Assembly: GCA_040217195.1 (NCBI GenBank) | Contig: JAVJNR010000006.1 | Location: forward strand, 160,001-224,000 | Source of the DNA: Leptospiraceae bacterium | GTDB taxonomy: Bacteria; Spirochaetota; Leptospiria; Leptospirales; Leptonemataceae | Direction of reading: 5' to 3' | Length of the DNA stretch: 64,000 nucleotides | Shown here: piece by piece, positions 1 to 9,860 of the stretch | Position numbering within the stretch: position 1 is the stretch's first letter | Layout of the letters: every line of letters starts with the position of its first letter | The notes under the pieces: generated by a model | What the model saw: only the letters and a program-made list of their open reading frames with translations | Database searches by the model: none | What the model was told of the DNA's origin: nothing | Made by a program: the position numbers and the translations under genes

Positions 1-1037
1 GAAGTTGTACGCTGCTCTCTTCGGCCGAGGTATATAGCCCGCCCAGCAATGATCAGCGTTGCCAGCAGGAACAGATGATTCGTAGGAGTGATGTGCGAAA
101 AGGAAGCAGGGGGTAAAAACAGAACTGCAGTAGCGAAGATAAGAAAAATGCCCGTAAGAATGCGCAGTAATATGGTATTGATTTTTCCGGGAAATAAATG
201 ATCGAGCGAATGCAGGAAGGCTGCAGGTGACAGAAGCACGCCCAGATACTCGAAGCGATAGTAAACTTCAAATGGTAGATTCGGAAATATCAGTAGTACC
301 GGATGCGAATTGGCGCTTATTTGCCGTAACATTGCGAAAAGCGCAAAGATTCCGAAGTAGAGAGAGGCCCGGTCTTCTCGATTCAAAGCAAACAATACAA
401 AGGAAAAGCTGGTTGCCAGAAGTAGCATACCTGCCATAAGGCTGTCGATCAGTAGGCCGCGATGAAGGTAATCTTCTGTGCTTTCAATTCTTCCTATTCT
501 CGGGGCGTTCCACATTCCCCCTGACTTGTCATGGCTATTGGAGATTCGTACAAGCAGATGGACTTCTGAGGATTCAGGAAGGGGTACTACCACCGGCTCC
601 ATGGCTGCCTTCCTTTTTCCAGGATCCCTGGAAACGGTGCCATTGGAAGCAATGTATTTTCCGTTAATCCAGAGATCGAAGGCAGTCCCCTGGTAGGGCA
701 TGTACAGCCCGGCCTCCCGGACATCCGCCGGCATCAAAATCTTAAGTCTGTAAGTGGCGATTCCATCCCCACTCAATCGGGAGCCGGGTAATTTGTATGA
801 GGTCCAGGATGCGGGGATTTCCTGGATGGAGCAATTCAGTTCGCCAGGAGTCTGAAAGTCCGACTCCTGAAGCAACTCTCCGGGACAAAAGGTCCAGCCT
901 CCGGCCAGGGGAATCGTGGTATTTGATTTAAAGGATAAAGCTCTAAGATCTGCCCGGCCATTTTCGATGCGAGGCGATTCAAAGGTGCCAACGCATGATA
1001 GTGTGAGCACGAAAAGAGTGATTGCAAATCTGTGCAT
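1..1037 (-). CDS. 7TM-DISM membrane sensor protein, N-terminal part (runs off the window; output domain not visible)
   Basis: Not in the ORF track. Manual translation from ATG 1037: MHRFAITLFVLTLSC...LAGGWTF...GIATYRLKI...LWING...SNG...VRISNSHDKSGGMWNAPRIG, then hydrophobic helices; no stop seen in the stretches translated. Confidence 0.85.
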   Translation of the reverse strand, partial: MHRFAITLFVLTLSCVGTFESPRIENGRADLRALSFKSNTTIPLAGGWTFCPGELLQESDFQTPGELNCSIQEIPASWTSYKLPGSRLSGDGIATYRLKILMPADVREAGLYMPYQGTAFDLWINGKYIASNGTVSRDPGKRKAAMEPVVVPLPESSEVHLLVRISNSHDKSGGMWNAPRIGRIESTEDYLHRGLLIDSLMAGMLLLATSFSFVLFALNREDRASLYFGIFALFAMLRQISANSHPVLLIFPNLPFEVYYRFEYLGVLLSPAAFLHSLDHLFPGKINTILLRILTGIFLIFATAVLFLPPASFSHITPTNHLFLLATLIIAGRAIYLGRREQRTT

Positions 1038-1360
1038 GACCGGATGGCCCCATTTTCATAGTCTGGAAAAGAAAAAGTCAATGAATTGTATGAATCCCGA
1101 ATAGGCCGCCCAATCAGGACAATGGCATTCTTCCGTCTCTTTTTGCTATTTTTTATGTTTTTTGTCTTCTGGACGTTCCCTTCAAGTGTGACCGTTTCCT
1201 CCTCTCAGAAGCCATCTCCACCAGGGGTCTGCCAGAAAAATCTCTACTTCTCAAGTTTTAAGGCCAGACGATAAAAACCTGAGTTCCCGGTGCCCGCAAA
1301 CCGCAGCCAAAACGGCCAATATACTGTCAATATTTGCCTCTTAATTAATTGCTCAGCCAT

Positions 1361-1387
1361 TAAGTAGGGGTTACCAATTGCCGAATG
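1361..1387 (+). promoter_or_regulatory. sigma28 (FliA)-type promoter of flaG
   Basis: TAAG-N15-GCCGAATG, 20 nt before the flaG ATG; consensus is TAAA-N15-GCCGATAA. Confidence 0.7.
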
Positions 1388-1407
1388 CTATTAATGAGGT
1401 ATAGGCT

Positions 1408-1773
1408 ATGGACACCATACAGGTAAATGGCATTAACCAGGCAAATGGATCGGGCAAACAGCAGGCTTTTCAAGTCTCTCGTACCGAATTGGCCAGGAAA
1501 TTGCAGGCAGGAAATCATCAGGATGTTGCTGATACTCCCGAGAATCGGCAAAATGTACAGAAGGCAATTGATGCGTTAGATATGTTTTCTAACGATAAAA
1601 ACACCAATACACGCTTTCAATATGCAGTTCACGATGAAACCGGAACGATTCAGGTAAAACTGTACAACTATCTCACCGGGGAAGTTGTTCAGGAGATTCC
1701 ATCTTCCAAACTTCTGGAATTTGCTTCTCATATGCAAGAAATCTCCGGATTGTTGCTGAACGAGCAGGCCTGA
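1408..1773 (+). CDS. flaG: flagellar protein FlaG
   Basis: C-terminal FQYAVHDETGTIQVKL...TGEVVQEIPSSKLLEF...GLLLNEQA pattern; sigma28 promoter upstream. Confidence 0.85.
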   Translation: MDTIQVNGINQANGSGKQQAFQVSRTELARKLQAGNHQDVADTPENRQNVQKAIDALDMFSNDKNTNTRFQYAVHDETGTIQVKLYNYLTGEVVQEIPSSKLLEFASHMQEISGLLLNEQA

Positions 1774-1846
1774 TACCCCTCCCTCCCGGGGGGAGGGGCC
1801 AGGATTTTTGTTTGCCAGGTATTGATGGTACTGCCATCCTCTCTGG

Positions 1847-2803
1847 ATGCGCATAAGTGTAATTATTCCTACGTTAAATGAGCAGGAGGATCTCCCGATC
1901 CTTCTGGATTCTCTTTCTAAACAAACACTTCAAGACTTTGAAGTCATTGTGGCCGATGCAGGCTCCACCGATGATACGGTAAAGATCGCAAAAAAGAATA
2001 AAGCGAAAGTGGTGCCGGGGGGGATGCCTGGTGTAGGCAGAAATCGCGGTGCTGAAGTAGCCTCGGGAGATTTTCTGTTTTTCTTTGATGCAGATGTTTC
2101 CTTGCCTCCAGATTTTCTGGATAAAGCAATTAAGGAGATGCAGGATCGGTTTCTAGATCTGGCTACCTGCGAGTTTCGTCCGGATTCAGAGCTTAAACTG
2201 GATGAAATCATGTTTCGCTTTGCCAATCTTTCCGTGAAACTGAATCAGGATATGAATCCCAGGGCCGCCGGATTTTGCATTTTTATAGCGCGAAGATTGT
2301 TTGAAAGAGTCGGCGGATTCGACGAAAGCTTGAAGCTTGCGGAGGACCATGATCTGGTGCAGCGGGCCTCCAGGTATCGTCCATTGAGAGTACTGGAAAG
2401 CACTCATTTGAATGTTAGCGTTCGACGGCTCGAGAAAGAAGGCCGGTTTTCTTTAATCCAGAAATATTTCAAAGTGGAAATGCATCTTTTATTTAAAGGT
2501 AACGTTAAAGATGACATTGTAGACTATGAATTTGGAAACTTCGCCAAGAAGTCCGAGAATACTAAATGGCTGGATGATCTGGAAAAGAAGATCATTCAGA
2601 TGGAGAAGGCCTACAGCAAGCTTTCGGGACCCAGGGATCAGCCAGATGCAGACGGTAAGAAACCCAGCAAGGAAAAGAACGATCTGTTTGAAAAAATGAA
2701 GATGGGCCTGGACACTCTGGTAGATGCATTCACAAAGTCGCCGGAAGATAGTCTGGCCTCGGACCAGAAATCAAAGGCAAACTCGGGCAAGGACAAGAAG
2801 TAG
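1847..2803 (+). CDS. glycosyltransferase family 2
   Basis: ISVIIPTLNE, DAGSTD, RNRGA, FFDAD, GGFDE, EDHDL motifs. Confidence 0.9.
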   Translation: MRISVIIPTLNEQEDLPILLDSLSKQTLQDFEVIVADAGSTDDTVKIAKKNKAKVVPGGMPGVGRNRGAEVASGDFLFFFDADVSLPPDFLDKAIKEMQDRFLDLATCEFRPDSELKLDEIMFRFANLSVKLNQDMNPRAAGFCIFIARRLFERVGGFDESLKLAEDHDLVQRASRYRPLRVLESTHLNVSVRRLEKEGRFSLIQKYFKVEMHLLFKGNVKDDIVDYEFGNFAKKSENTKWLDDLEKKIIQMEKAYSKLSGPRDQPDADGKKPSKEKNDLFEKMKMGLDTLVDAFTKSPEDSLASDQKSKANSGKDKK

Positions 2804-2917
2804 CCCTGGTGGCCCCTGATTTTCCTCGAAGTCCGCCATTGATTTTAGCGGGCACTGGTAAAGGAAAGGCGGCCCAAAAAGACTTTTCTGTATCGTTTTC
2901 GCACAGTGTTAGACCGG

Positions 2918-4027
2918 TTATTTGCGCAGTAGAAAGGCCCTCAAAGCTTGCACCATTTGAGTGCGGCCGGGCTCTTCATAGGGTAGATGACCGGCTCCTT
3001 CCAATACGACCAGAGATTTTCTGCCGGGTATTCGATCGTAGAAATTCTGGCTAAGCTCCCGAGGAGTCCAGGGATCCAGGCCAGGATGGACCATCAGTAC
3101 CGGGCAGATATCAAACTCTTCGGGTTCAAGGTTCGGTTCATAATCCATAAACGTTCTTAGGAATCGTAAAGAAACGTAGGTCCCCCCCGCATGTGGATCA
3201 GCAGCAAAGATTCCCGAGAAGGCCGGATCGTTTGTGATTAGTTCCATCTTGCTCAGGGAGGCTATGGGTAGATAGATGCCATCAGTGAACCATCGAAAAA
3301 ATGAGCCCAGAGGAATACCTACACGACTTAGAAACAGATTCGCAGACACTGCGTCTCTAACGTCCTGTTTTCGGACATCGGCAAAGGTAGTTACAATCAA
3401 TCCATCTGCATTGCCATTCCGGGCTACGGCCTGGTAAGCAAGCATCCCACCTATACTTAAGCCAAAAACGAACAGTTTTTGACCTGGCTTTCGCTCTCGG
3501 TCCATCAAGGTGCTGGCTAATTCAACCCATACATCATAGTGCAGATCCTTAACAGGATCGGGCACGGTTAATCCATAGCCAGGCATATCTGGTGCAACCA
3601 CAGTGCAACCCAGGTCTAGCAATAGAACAGCAATGGGACCCAGTACCCGCCCATTACCTCCGCCTCCATGGAGCAAGATCACTTTGCACTCTTCATTTCC
3701 TGTTCCGTACCGGTCCAGGTGCACTCTATGATTCTTGAAGTTCCAGTACTCCTCCCGGGGCAGAGTTTCTGCCGTGAATCGCATGCTCTGTGGTAAGAAT
3801 CTTTGATATGAGTGCCAGTGAGTGGTCTTTAGATACGATTCGCCTCTGTGATCCGGATTAGAATAGCAAACCGATATCAGAAAAACAGAAATTGCAAAGA
3901 CCAGGAAATTTTCCAGCTTCAGCCAATGCCGTCTCGGGGCTTTAATAGAGGCAGTGAGCGCTGAGGCGGAGTCTTTCGGTAGGAAAAAGTTTGATGCGTA
4001 GGCATTGCTGGATCTAACGTGGTTCAT
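2918..4027 (-). CDS. alpha/beta hydrolase (start uncertain)
   Basis: LHGGGG, PDMPGYG, GLSIG nucleophile elbow, DPWTP, GAGH; N-terminal hydrophobic segment. Confidence 0.85.
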   Translation of the reverse strand: MNHVRSSNAYASNFFLPKDSASALTASIKAPRRHWLKLENFLVFAISVFLISVCYSNPDHRGESYLKTTHWHSYQRFLPQSMRFTAETLPREEYWNFKNHRVHLDRYGTGNEECKVILLHGGGGNGRVLGPIAVLLLDLGCTVVAPDMPGYGLTVPDPVKDLHYDVWVELASTLMDRERKPGQKLFVFGLSIGGMLAYQAVARNGNADGLIVTTFADVRKQDVRDAVSANLFLSRVGIPLGSFFRWFTDGIYLPIASLSKMELITNDPAFSGIFAADPHAGGTYVSLRFLRTFMDYEPNLEPEEFDICPVLMVHPGLDPWTPRELSQNFYDRIPGRKSLVVLEGAGHLPYEEPGRTQMVQALRAFLLRK

Positions 4028-4125
4028 GGTTCTAGCGAAAGCATTGAACCGTGAAGGGCAACAGAAATGATGTGCGAAGCACCGGATCCGGGTTAACAGG
4101 TGTAAATCATCAGAGGAGATTGGTA

Positions 4126-4707
4126 TTGAACCGCATCGAAGCAACCTACAATAAGACTATTTCTGCATTACTGGAGCTTATGGAGGAGAAGCCTTTTGTT
4201 GATATATCGGTGGAAGCAATTGCACGGGTATCTGGTATTTCCAGGGTTACCTTCTACAAATATTTCGTAGATAAGGAAGATCTGCTCTGGAAGTCCTTCC
4301 AGAAGGTTTATCTAGAAGTTACAGAACAGGTGCAGCGAGTGGATCCTGTTACCCTGCTATCGGATGGTCGGCCATTGACCTACTATGTATTCGAAAATGC
4401 CAGAGTGCACAGGTCTTTCTACAGAAATCTATTCGTATATGGAATGCCCTATGAATTTCAATGCAGATTCCTGAATCACATAGTGGGCGAATCTTTCCGA
4501 ACTCATGCCAGGTTGCGCGAATCTTACTCTGGCACGGTTCCCTATATTCGCATTAATCAGTATCTTACGGGCGCTTTATTCAACCTACTGCGATCCCTGA
4601 TGGAAGATGATGAAGACTGGGATTCCATGGAAATGGCCCAATTTTTCACTAAATTGGCAGCCCCGGGTATTCTACAAATGTGCAATTCAATGGACCAGTC
4701 TGGATAG
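4126..4707 (+). CDS. TetR/AcrR family regulator
   Basis: ISVEAIARVSGISRVTFYKYFVDKEDL helix-turn-helix; TTG start chosen after AGGAG SD at 4114-4118. Confidence 0.88.
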   Translation: MNRIEATYNKTISALLELMEEKPFVDISVEAIARVSGISRVTFYKYFVDKEDLLWKSFQKVYLEVTEQVQRVDPVTLLSDGRPLTYYVFENARVHRSFYRNLFVYGMPYEFQCRFLNHIVGESFRTHARLRESYSGTVPYIRINQYLTGALFNLLRSLMEDDEDWDSMEMAQFFTKLAAPGILQMCNSMDQSG

Positions 4708-4840
4708 TTTCCGGTGCAATAACACCTTCGGATTTAGTTCCGGAAAAGGGCCTTGTATTGCAGATGCCTGCTGGCGGCCCGGCTGTATATGTATAGATTA
4801 ATGGAACGAATTTGAATCCTGGTGGTCCAGTTTTCGAATA

Positions 4841-6193
4841 TTAACTCTGCAGAAAATTGCGATACCAGAGCCCCGAGTCCTTGATGGTCCTTTTCTGAGT
4901 TTTAAAATCCACATGTACAATTCCAAAGGTCTTATCGTAGCCTTCTTTCCATTCAAGGTTGTCCAACAAGCTCCAAACAAAGTACCCTTTCAGATTGATT
5001 CCTTCTTTTACAGCCCTCAAGCATTGTTCCAGGTATTCATTTATGTATTTCCTGCGTCTTTCATCATGGATTCGTCCGCCCTCCAGTTTATCATTATAGG
5101 CAGCGCCGTTTTCTGTAATATATAATGAAGGTATCTCCGGGTATTCGCCAAATTTCTTGAGTATTTGATAGATCCCGGCCGGATGCACTTCCCAGCCCAT
5201 ACTTGTGATTTCTACATCCTTGAGGGGTTTATGTTCCCAGAATTTTAGATAGGGCATCCACCAGGCAGATCGAACGGTCTTTCTGGAGTAGTGGTTGATT
5301 CCCAGAAAATCGAATGGGTATTGAACCAGGTCCATGTCATCAGGATGCATGATGGGCTCCATCTTACGGAGAAAGGGTAATTCCCGGAATGGATAGCCCC
5401 GGCCAACGATTGGATCCACATACAATCGGTTAAAAAATGCATCATGTCGCTCCAGAGCTGCCAGATGTCGCGGTGCGTTGGAAGCAGCCTCACCGGCCAA
5501 CGTGGACACGGTTGTGCCAATTTGAATATCCGATCTTGCAGCAGCCATGGCCCGGGCTGCTTTACCCTGAGCTACCATTGTAAGATGGGAGGCTCTGGCA
5601 AATCTGGTGGCTCCGCGCTTCTGGGGCGGAAAATAACCGACTCCATATCCCAGTAATAGAAATACAAAGGGTTCATTCAGGATAATCCATTTCTTTACCC
5701 GATCGCCCAGGGAGTCCACCATGAGTCTGGCGTAACCGGAGAAATGATCGACTATATCGCGGCTGAGCCATCCGCCCTGATATTCGAGAGCCAGAGGCAG
5801 GTCCCAGTGGAATAGAGTTACATATGGCTCAATATCGTTTGCCAGAAGTTCATCCACCAGCCTGTTGTAGAAATCCATGCCTGACTGATTCACTCCACCG
5901 GCTAGAGTTCCGTCCGGCAATACCCGGGGCCAACTCACAGAGAAGCGATAAGCCTTCAGGCCCATGTACTTCATCAGCGCCACATCTTCTTTCATTCTAT
6001 GATAATGATCACAGGCAACGTTACCGGTTTCTTTTCTTTTGATCTTCCCTCGGGCCGCGAAGTCATCCCAGATCGAAGGTCCCTTACCATCGGCATCATG
6101 GCCTCCCTCGATCTGGTAGGCCGCGGTGGCTGCACCCCATACAAAATCTCCAAAATCGGATGCTCTAAGTATTTGCGCACTGGAATCCTGCAT
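4841..6193 (-). CDS. beta-glucosidase, glycoside hydrolase family 1
   Basis: WGAATAAYQIEG, YRFSVSWPR, LNEP and ITENG catalytic motifs, WSLLDNLEW. Confidence 0.95.
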   Translation of the reverse strand: MQDSSAQILRASDFGDFVWGAATAAYQIEGGHDADGKGPSIWDDFAARGKIKRKETGNVACDHYHRMKEDVALMKYMGLKAYRFSVSWPRVLPDGTLAGGVNQSGMDFYNRLVDELLANDIEPYVTLFHWDLPLALEYQGGWLSRDIVDHFSGYARLMVDSLGDRVKKWIILNEPFVFLLLGYGVGYFPPQKRGATRFARASHLTMVAQGKAARAMAAARSDIQIGTTVSTLAGEAASNAPRHLAALERHDAFFNRLYVDPIVGRGYPFRELPFLRKMEPIMHPDDMDLVQYPFDFLGINHYSRKTVRSAWWMPYLKFWEHKPLKDVEITSMGWEVHPAGIYQILKKFGEYPEIPSLYITENGAAYNDKLEGGRIHDERRRKYINEYLEQCLRAVKEGINLKGYFVWSLLDNLEWKEGYDKTFGIVHVDFKTQKRTIKDSGLWYRNFLQS

Positions 6194-6337
6194 GGGGACA
6201 TTTAGAACTCTCCTGCCTGGCTGGCAATCTGTTCGGCAGGCGAAGGATCAAACCTGATATGCTTCTCGGACCTCTGAATGGTGATAATAGTCCGAAAATT
6301 GCATTGTCTTTTGCTGCGCAGCAAACCATTCATTGCT

Positions 6338-6667
6338 ATGAGTAAAAACGGTAGATTGTGGTTACGCAGCTGGTTCTGGCGATTGATTCTTGCTGCTGTA
6401 ATTCTAATTGTGCCGCCATTTCTAATAAGTGGTACTCTTGTGGCCCTGGTTGTGCTATCCGATTACAACGGTATCTGTCCGGGGATCATGGATATTCCCG
6501 CTTACGAATGCAGCGTCTGGGAATTTGCAGCGAGAAATAGTATCAGCCCTTTTGCTTTACCATTGCACATCTTGATTTTCATGGCATACTGGGCCATATC
6601 TATTCCTGGAGTCGTCGCTGTTCTGGTGTGGAAATGGTTCAGTGAGTCCAGAGGCATGGCACCGTAA
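6338..6667 (+). CDS. small two-TM membrane protein, unknown function
   Basis: Two hydrophobic segments flanking a loop with two Cys. Confidence 0.6.
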   Translation: MSKNGRLWLRSWFWRLILAAVILIVPPFLISGTLVALVVLSDYNGICPGIMDIPAYECSVWEFAARNSISPFALPLHILIFMAYWAISIPGVVAVLVWKWFSESRGMAP

Positions 6668-6698
6668 CCTGCGCAGCAATTCGATACCCATTGATAAT

Positions 6699-6727
6699 AA
6701 AAAAGGCGACCCGAGGGCCGCCCTTTG
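6699..6727 (-). terminator. intrinsic terminator after rpsD
   Basis: On the minus strand, GGCGGCCC/GGGTCGCC hairpin followed by a T-tract. Confidence 0.75.
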
Positions 6728-6758
6728 ACCAGCAGATGCTGGATTGAGTTTCGATTCC

Positions 6759-7376
6759 TTACTTGGAGTAGAATTCGATGATTTTCTGAATGTTAATTCT
6801 GGTAACTGGAACATCGTCAGGGTTTGTAATTCCCATGAATTTTCCCGAGATACCGTCTTCCTGCAACTCCAGATACTGAGTGGGATTGTTTCCAGCAGGT
6901 CTGGCTTCCAGAGCGAATTTCACTCGATCCAGTTCCCTGGAAGCAGGGTGCACTCCGACCACATCGCCCACCTTTACCTGAAAGCTGGGGATATCAACAC
7001 TCTGATCGTTCACAGTTACATGACCGTGGTTAATGAGCTGTCGAGCATCAAAGATGCTACGAGCCAGTCCAAGACGGTAAACCAGAGTCATCAGTCGGGA
7101 CTCCAGCATGAACAGGAAGTTATCCGCTTTGTTACCCTGAAGCTTGGATGAACGCTCAAAGGTTTTGAAGAATTGCTTTTCCATCATACCGTAGGTTAAG
7201 CGAAGCTTCTGCTTTTCCAGGAGCTGCTCACCGTAAGGTGATCTTTTTCTTCTTCGTGAACCGGGTCGGTGTCCGGGAGCGTAAGGTCGCTTGATAGAAG
7301 GACACTTTGGATGATTGTAAAGGCAATAACCTACCGTGCGGCAGATCTTATGCTTTGGTTTTCTAATTGTAGCCAT
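6759..7376 (-). CDS. rpsD: 30S ribosomal protein S4
   Basis: YGEQLLEKQKLR, LESRL, ARQLINHGHVTVN, VDIPSFQV, IIEFYSK. Confidence 0.96.
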   Translation of the reverse strand: MATIRKPKHKICRTVGYCLYNHPKCPSIKRPYAPGHRPGSRRRKRSPYGEQLLEKQKLRLTYGMMEKQFFKTFERSSKLQGNKADNFLFMLESRLMTLVYRLGLARSIFDARQLINHGHVTVNDQSVDIPSFQVKVGDVVGVHPASRELDRVKFALEARPAGNNPTQYLELQEDGISGKFMGITNPDDVPVTRINIQKIIEFYSK

Positions 7377-7623
7377 TTTCCTCTAAACCCAAATACCATA
7401 ATACCGGAATGGATAACCGATGCTTGCTTTGGGGGCAGCCGCTAATTTTGTCAGATGACGCGGTATTTCAGCTCAAATAAATTGAGCCTGCCAGAGGTCA
7501 GAGCGCCAGAGAAGCCCCATGTGTAAACTGAAAAAGACTACCGGAGTCCGTTAATGGGCCGCATTGGCAGACTGGGCCTGCCGTAGGTTCTAACTTCAGA
7601 TGATCCGAAGCAGATCTTGTGTA

Positions 7624-7749
7624 GCAATGTGACATAATCCGGGCCCTTAATCCGGCCGCGCAATGTGACATAATCCCGCTCCTTAACTCAGCCAGGCAAT
7701 GCGACATAATCCCGCTCCTTAACTCAGCCGGGCAATGTGACATAATCCC
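7624..7749. repeat. 36-bp tandem repeat (VNTR), about 3.5 copies
   Basis: Units start at 7624, 7660, 7696 and 7732; consensus GCAATGTGACATAATCCCGCTCCTTAACTCAGCCRG. Confidence 0.95.
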
Positions 7750-7946
7750 AAAGACCCTCGGCATTACGCAGTTAGAATTGATCTGGCACTGAGTGGTATA
7801 AAGCCTGGTGCAGAGCGCGAATTCCCGCCTCAGGTAATTCTATTTATGATAAGAAATCGAATCTGGCCGGAAGATCAGCAATAGGATCCCCAGTACGATT
7901 TGCAATCCTGCTTGCCCGTGCTGGCCGAACTGCGGACCTGTTCGGG

Positions 7947-9287
7947 ATGTCTTCTACTTCTTCCAATGATCCGCTACCTGGGGTTGAGCCGCTGCAGCCA
8001 AGTTTACAGGAGGCCACTCGGTCCGGCCTTCTTCTGATCAATATTTCCGGATTGGATCGTCCGGGCATTACTAGAGCTATTACGGAGATTCTGGCTCATT
8101 ATAACGTTCAAATCCTGGACATGGGGCAGTCGGTAATTCATGAAACCCTATCTCTTGGTATTCTAATCCGCATTCCTCCTGAGCAGCAGGGAGCACCGGT
8201 GCTCAAGGATTTGCTCTTTAGAGCCCATGACTTTGGCATACCAATAAATTTTACTCCGGTGGATCAGCAGTCCTATGATCGATGGGTAGGTCATGGAGGT
8301 TTGCCCAGATACATTGTGACATTGCTTGGTCGAGATCTGCGTGCCAGCCATGTACATCAAGTAACTCGAATCATTGCCGAGCAAGGATTGAACATAAACT
8401 CTATCCGCCGTCTATCCAGACGAATACCCGGACCTGAACTGGCAGACCTGGATCGCTCCCTGGAGCCGGAAAAGCCGGTGGAGGGAAGCAAGAGACGACC
8501 TCCAGTATGTCTGGAGTTTCAGGTAAGTGGAAACGATGTAAACTTTGGCCGACTCAAAGAGACTCTGCTTATGGCTACTTCGGATCTGGGAGTGGACATT
8601 GCATTCCAGAAGGATGATCTATACCGACGAAATCGCCGTTTGATTGCATTCGATATGGACTCCACACTAATTCAGGCAGAGGTCATCGATGAGCTGGCAA
8701 AGGAAGCCGGTGTCGGTGAAGAGGTGGCCCGGATTACGGAAAGCGCCATGCGAGGCGAAATCGATTTCAACGAAAGCTTCAAGCGAAGGGTAGGACTTCT
8801 TAAAGGAATGTCCACCGAGTTTCTTGAGGGCATTTATGAAAGACTTCCGGTCACAGAGGGCGCTCCTCATTTGATCAAAGTACTAAAATCTATGGGATAT
8901 ACTACAGTGATTCTGTCTGGAGGATTTACTTTCTTCGCAGAGCGATTGCGTCAAAAACTTGGAATGGATTATATCTTTGCCAATGAGCTGGTAATCAAGG
9001 ATGGTATTGTTACAGGAGAGGTTCAGGAGCCCATCGTCAATGGGGCACGAAAAGCTGAACTACTGGCCGGAATTGCTGAAAAGAAGGGAGTGCGAAAGGA
9101 GCAGGTAATCGCAGTTGGCGATGGAGCCAACGATCTACCCATGCTGGGAATGGCCGGCCTTGGAATCGCCTTTCGTGCAAAGCCCGTAGTGCGCAAAGAG
9201 GCAGATCAATCTATCAGTAATCTGGGACTGGATGCCATCCTGTACTTACTTGGTTACAGACATGAAGATTTCCCCAATGAACTTTAG
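7947..9287 (+). CDS. serB: phosphoserine phosphatase with two ACT domains
   Basis: GLDRPGIT ACT domain, FDMDST, SGGF, GDGANDLPM HAD motifs. Confidence 0.95.
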   Translation: MSSTSSNDPLPGVEPLQPSLQEATRSGLLLINISGLDRPGITRAITEILAHYNVQILDMGQSVIHETLSLGILIRIPPEQQGAPVLKDLLFRAHDFGIPINFTPVDQQSYDRWVGHGGLPRYIVTLLGRDLRASHVHQVTRIIAEQGLNINSIRRLSRRIPGPELADLDRSLEPEKPVEGSKRRPPVCLEFQVSGNDVNFGRLKETLLMATSDLGVDIAFQKDDLYRRNRRLIAFDMDSTLIQAEVIDELAKEAGVGEEVARITESAMRGEIDFNESFKRRVGLLKGMSTEFLEGIYERLPVTEGAPHLIKVLKSMGYTTVILSGGFTFFAERLRQKLGMDYIFANELVIKDGIVTGEVQEPIVNGARKAELLAGIAEKKGVRKEQVIAVGDGANDLPMLGMAGLGIAFRAKPVVRKEADQSISNLGLDAILYLLGYRHEDFPNEL

Positions 9288-9380
9288 CCTGGATGGATCC
9301 TCGGTATTCGGGTCCAGGAGTCCCACTGGAAAATGTCAGGAAATGAATAAGGCCGGCATATTAAGATTTTCTCCAATCAT

Positions 9381-9776
9381 CTAGCTTCTCTCGTTTAAGA
9401 GTTCCAGAATTATGGAGCGAATCTTTTGCAATCGAACCTGGCCTTCCAGAGTATCATAGAAATCCGTGGAAGCACGGGCCAGGGCTTTGAGCAGTGGTTC
9501 AATTTGACTTTCATCATCTCCGCCCCATCTGTTACGGATGAGCAGGCCCGCCATATCTCCTTCTACCAGAAGAATTAGATCATCCAGGGTATGACTCTCC
9601 GGCGGAAAGTTCGTAGGCTGGGCCCTCCCTAGATTCACAAGGAATTGTGCTATACGCCCGGGTGGAATGTCTCGGATCAGATTTCTAACTATTTTTTGGA
9701 TGTCCAGTTGGACGATCCGGATAGAGACAGCTGTTTCATCCGCAGCAGGTTGTAATTTATATCTCTCCTTTCTCAT
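9381..9776 (-). CDS. hypothetical protein
   Basis: 131-aa ORF filling the gap between genes; no motif recognised. Confidence 0.6.
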   Translation of the reverse strand: MRKERYKLQPAADETAVSIRIVQLDIQKIVRNLIRDIPPGRIAQFLVNLGRAQPTNFPPESHTLDDLILLVEGDMAGLLIRNRWGGDDESQIEPLLKALARASTDFYDTLEGQVRLQKIRSIILELLNERS

Positions 9777-9860
9777 CTTGCGATTTTAGACGGTAGCTGT
9801 GACAGAAAAGTTTTAGCATCATCATTCGGGCCTGGATTTGCCCGGTGGGACCTGATACCG

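Noticed and set aside
4093..4106. Possible TetR operator TTAACA-GG-TGTAAA
   Set aside because: Imperfect short palindrome; plausible but too weak to call
7624..7749. Mini CRISPR array
   Set aside because: The intervening segments are near-identical and only about 19 nt, so there are no unique spacers; no cas genes are present
7498..7764. ORF with ELRSGIMSHC repeats
   Set aside because: By-product of the 36-bp (12-codon) repeat; no recognisable protein features
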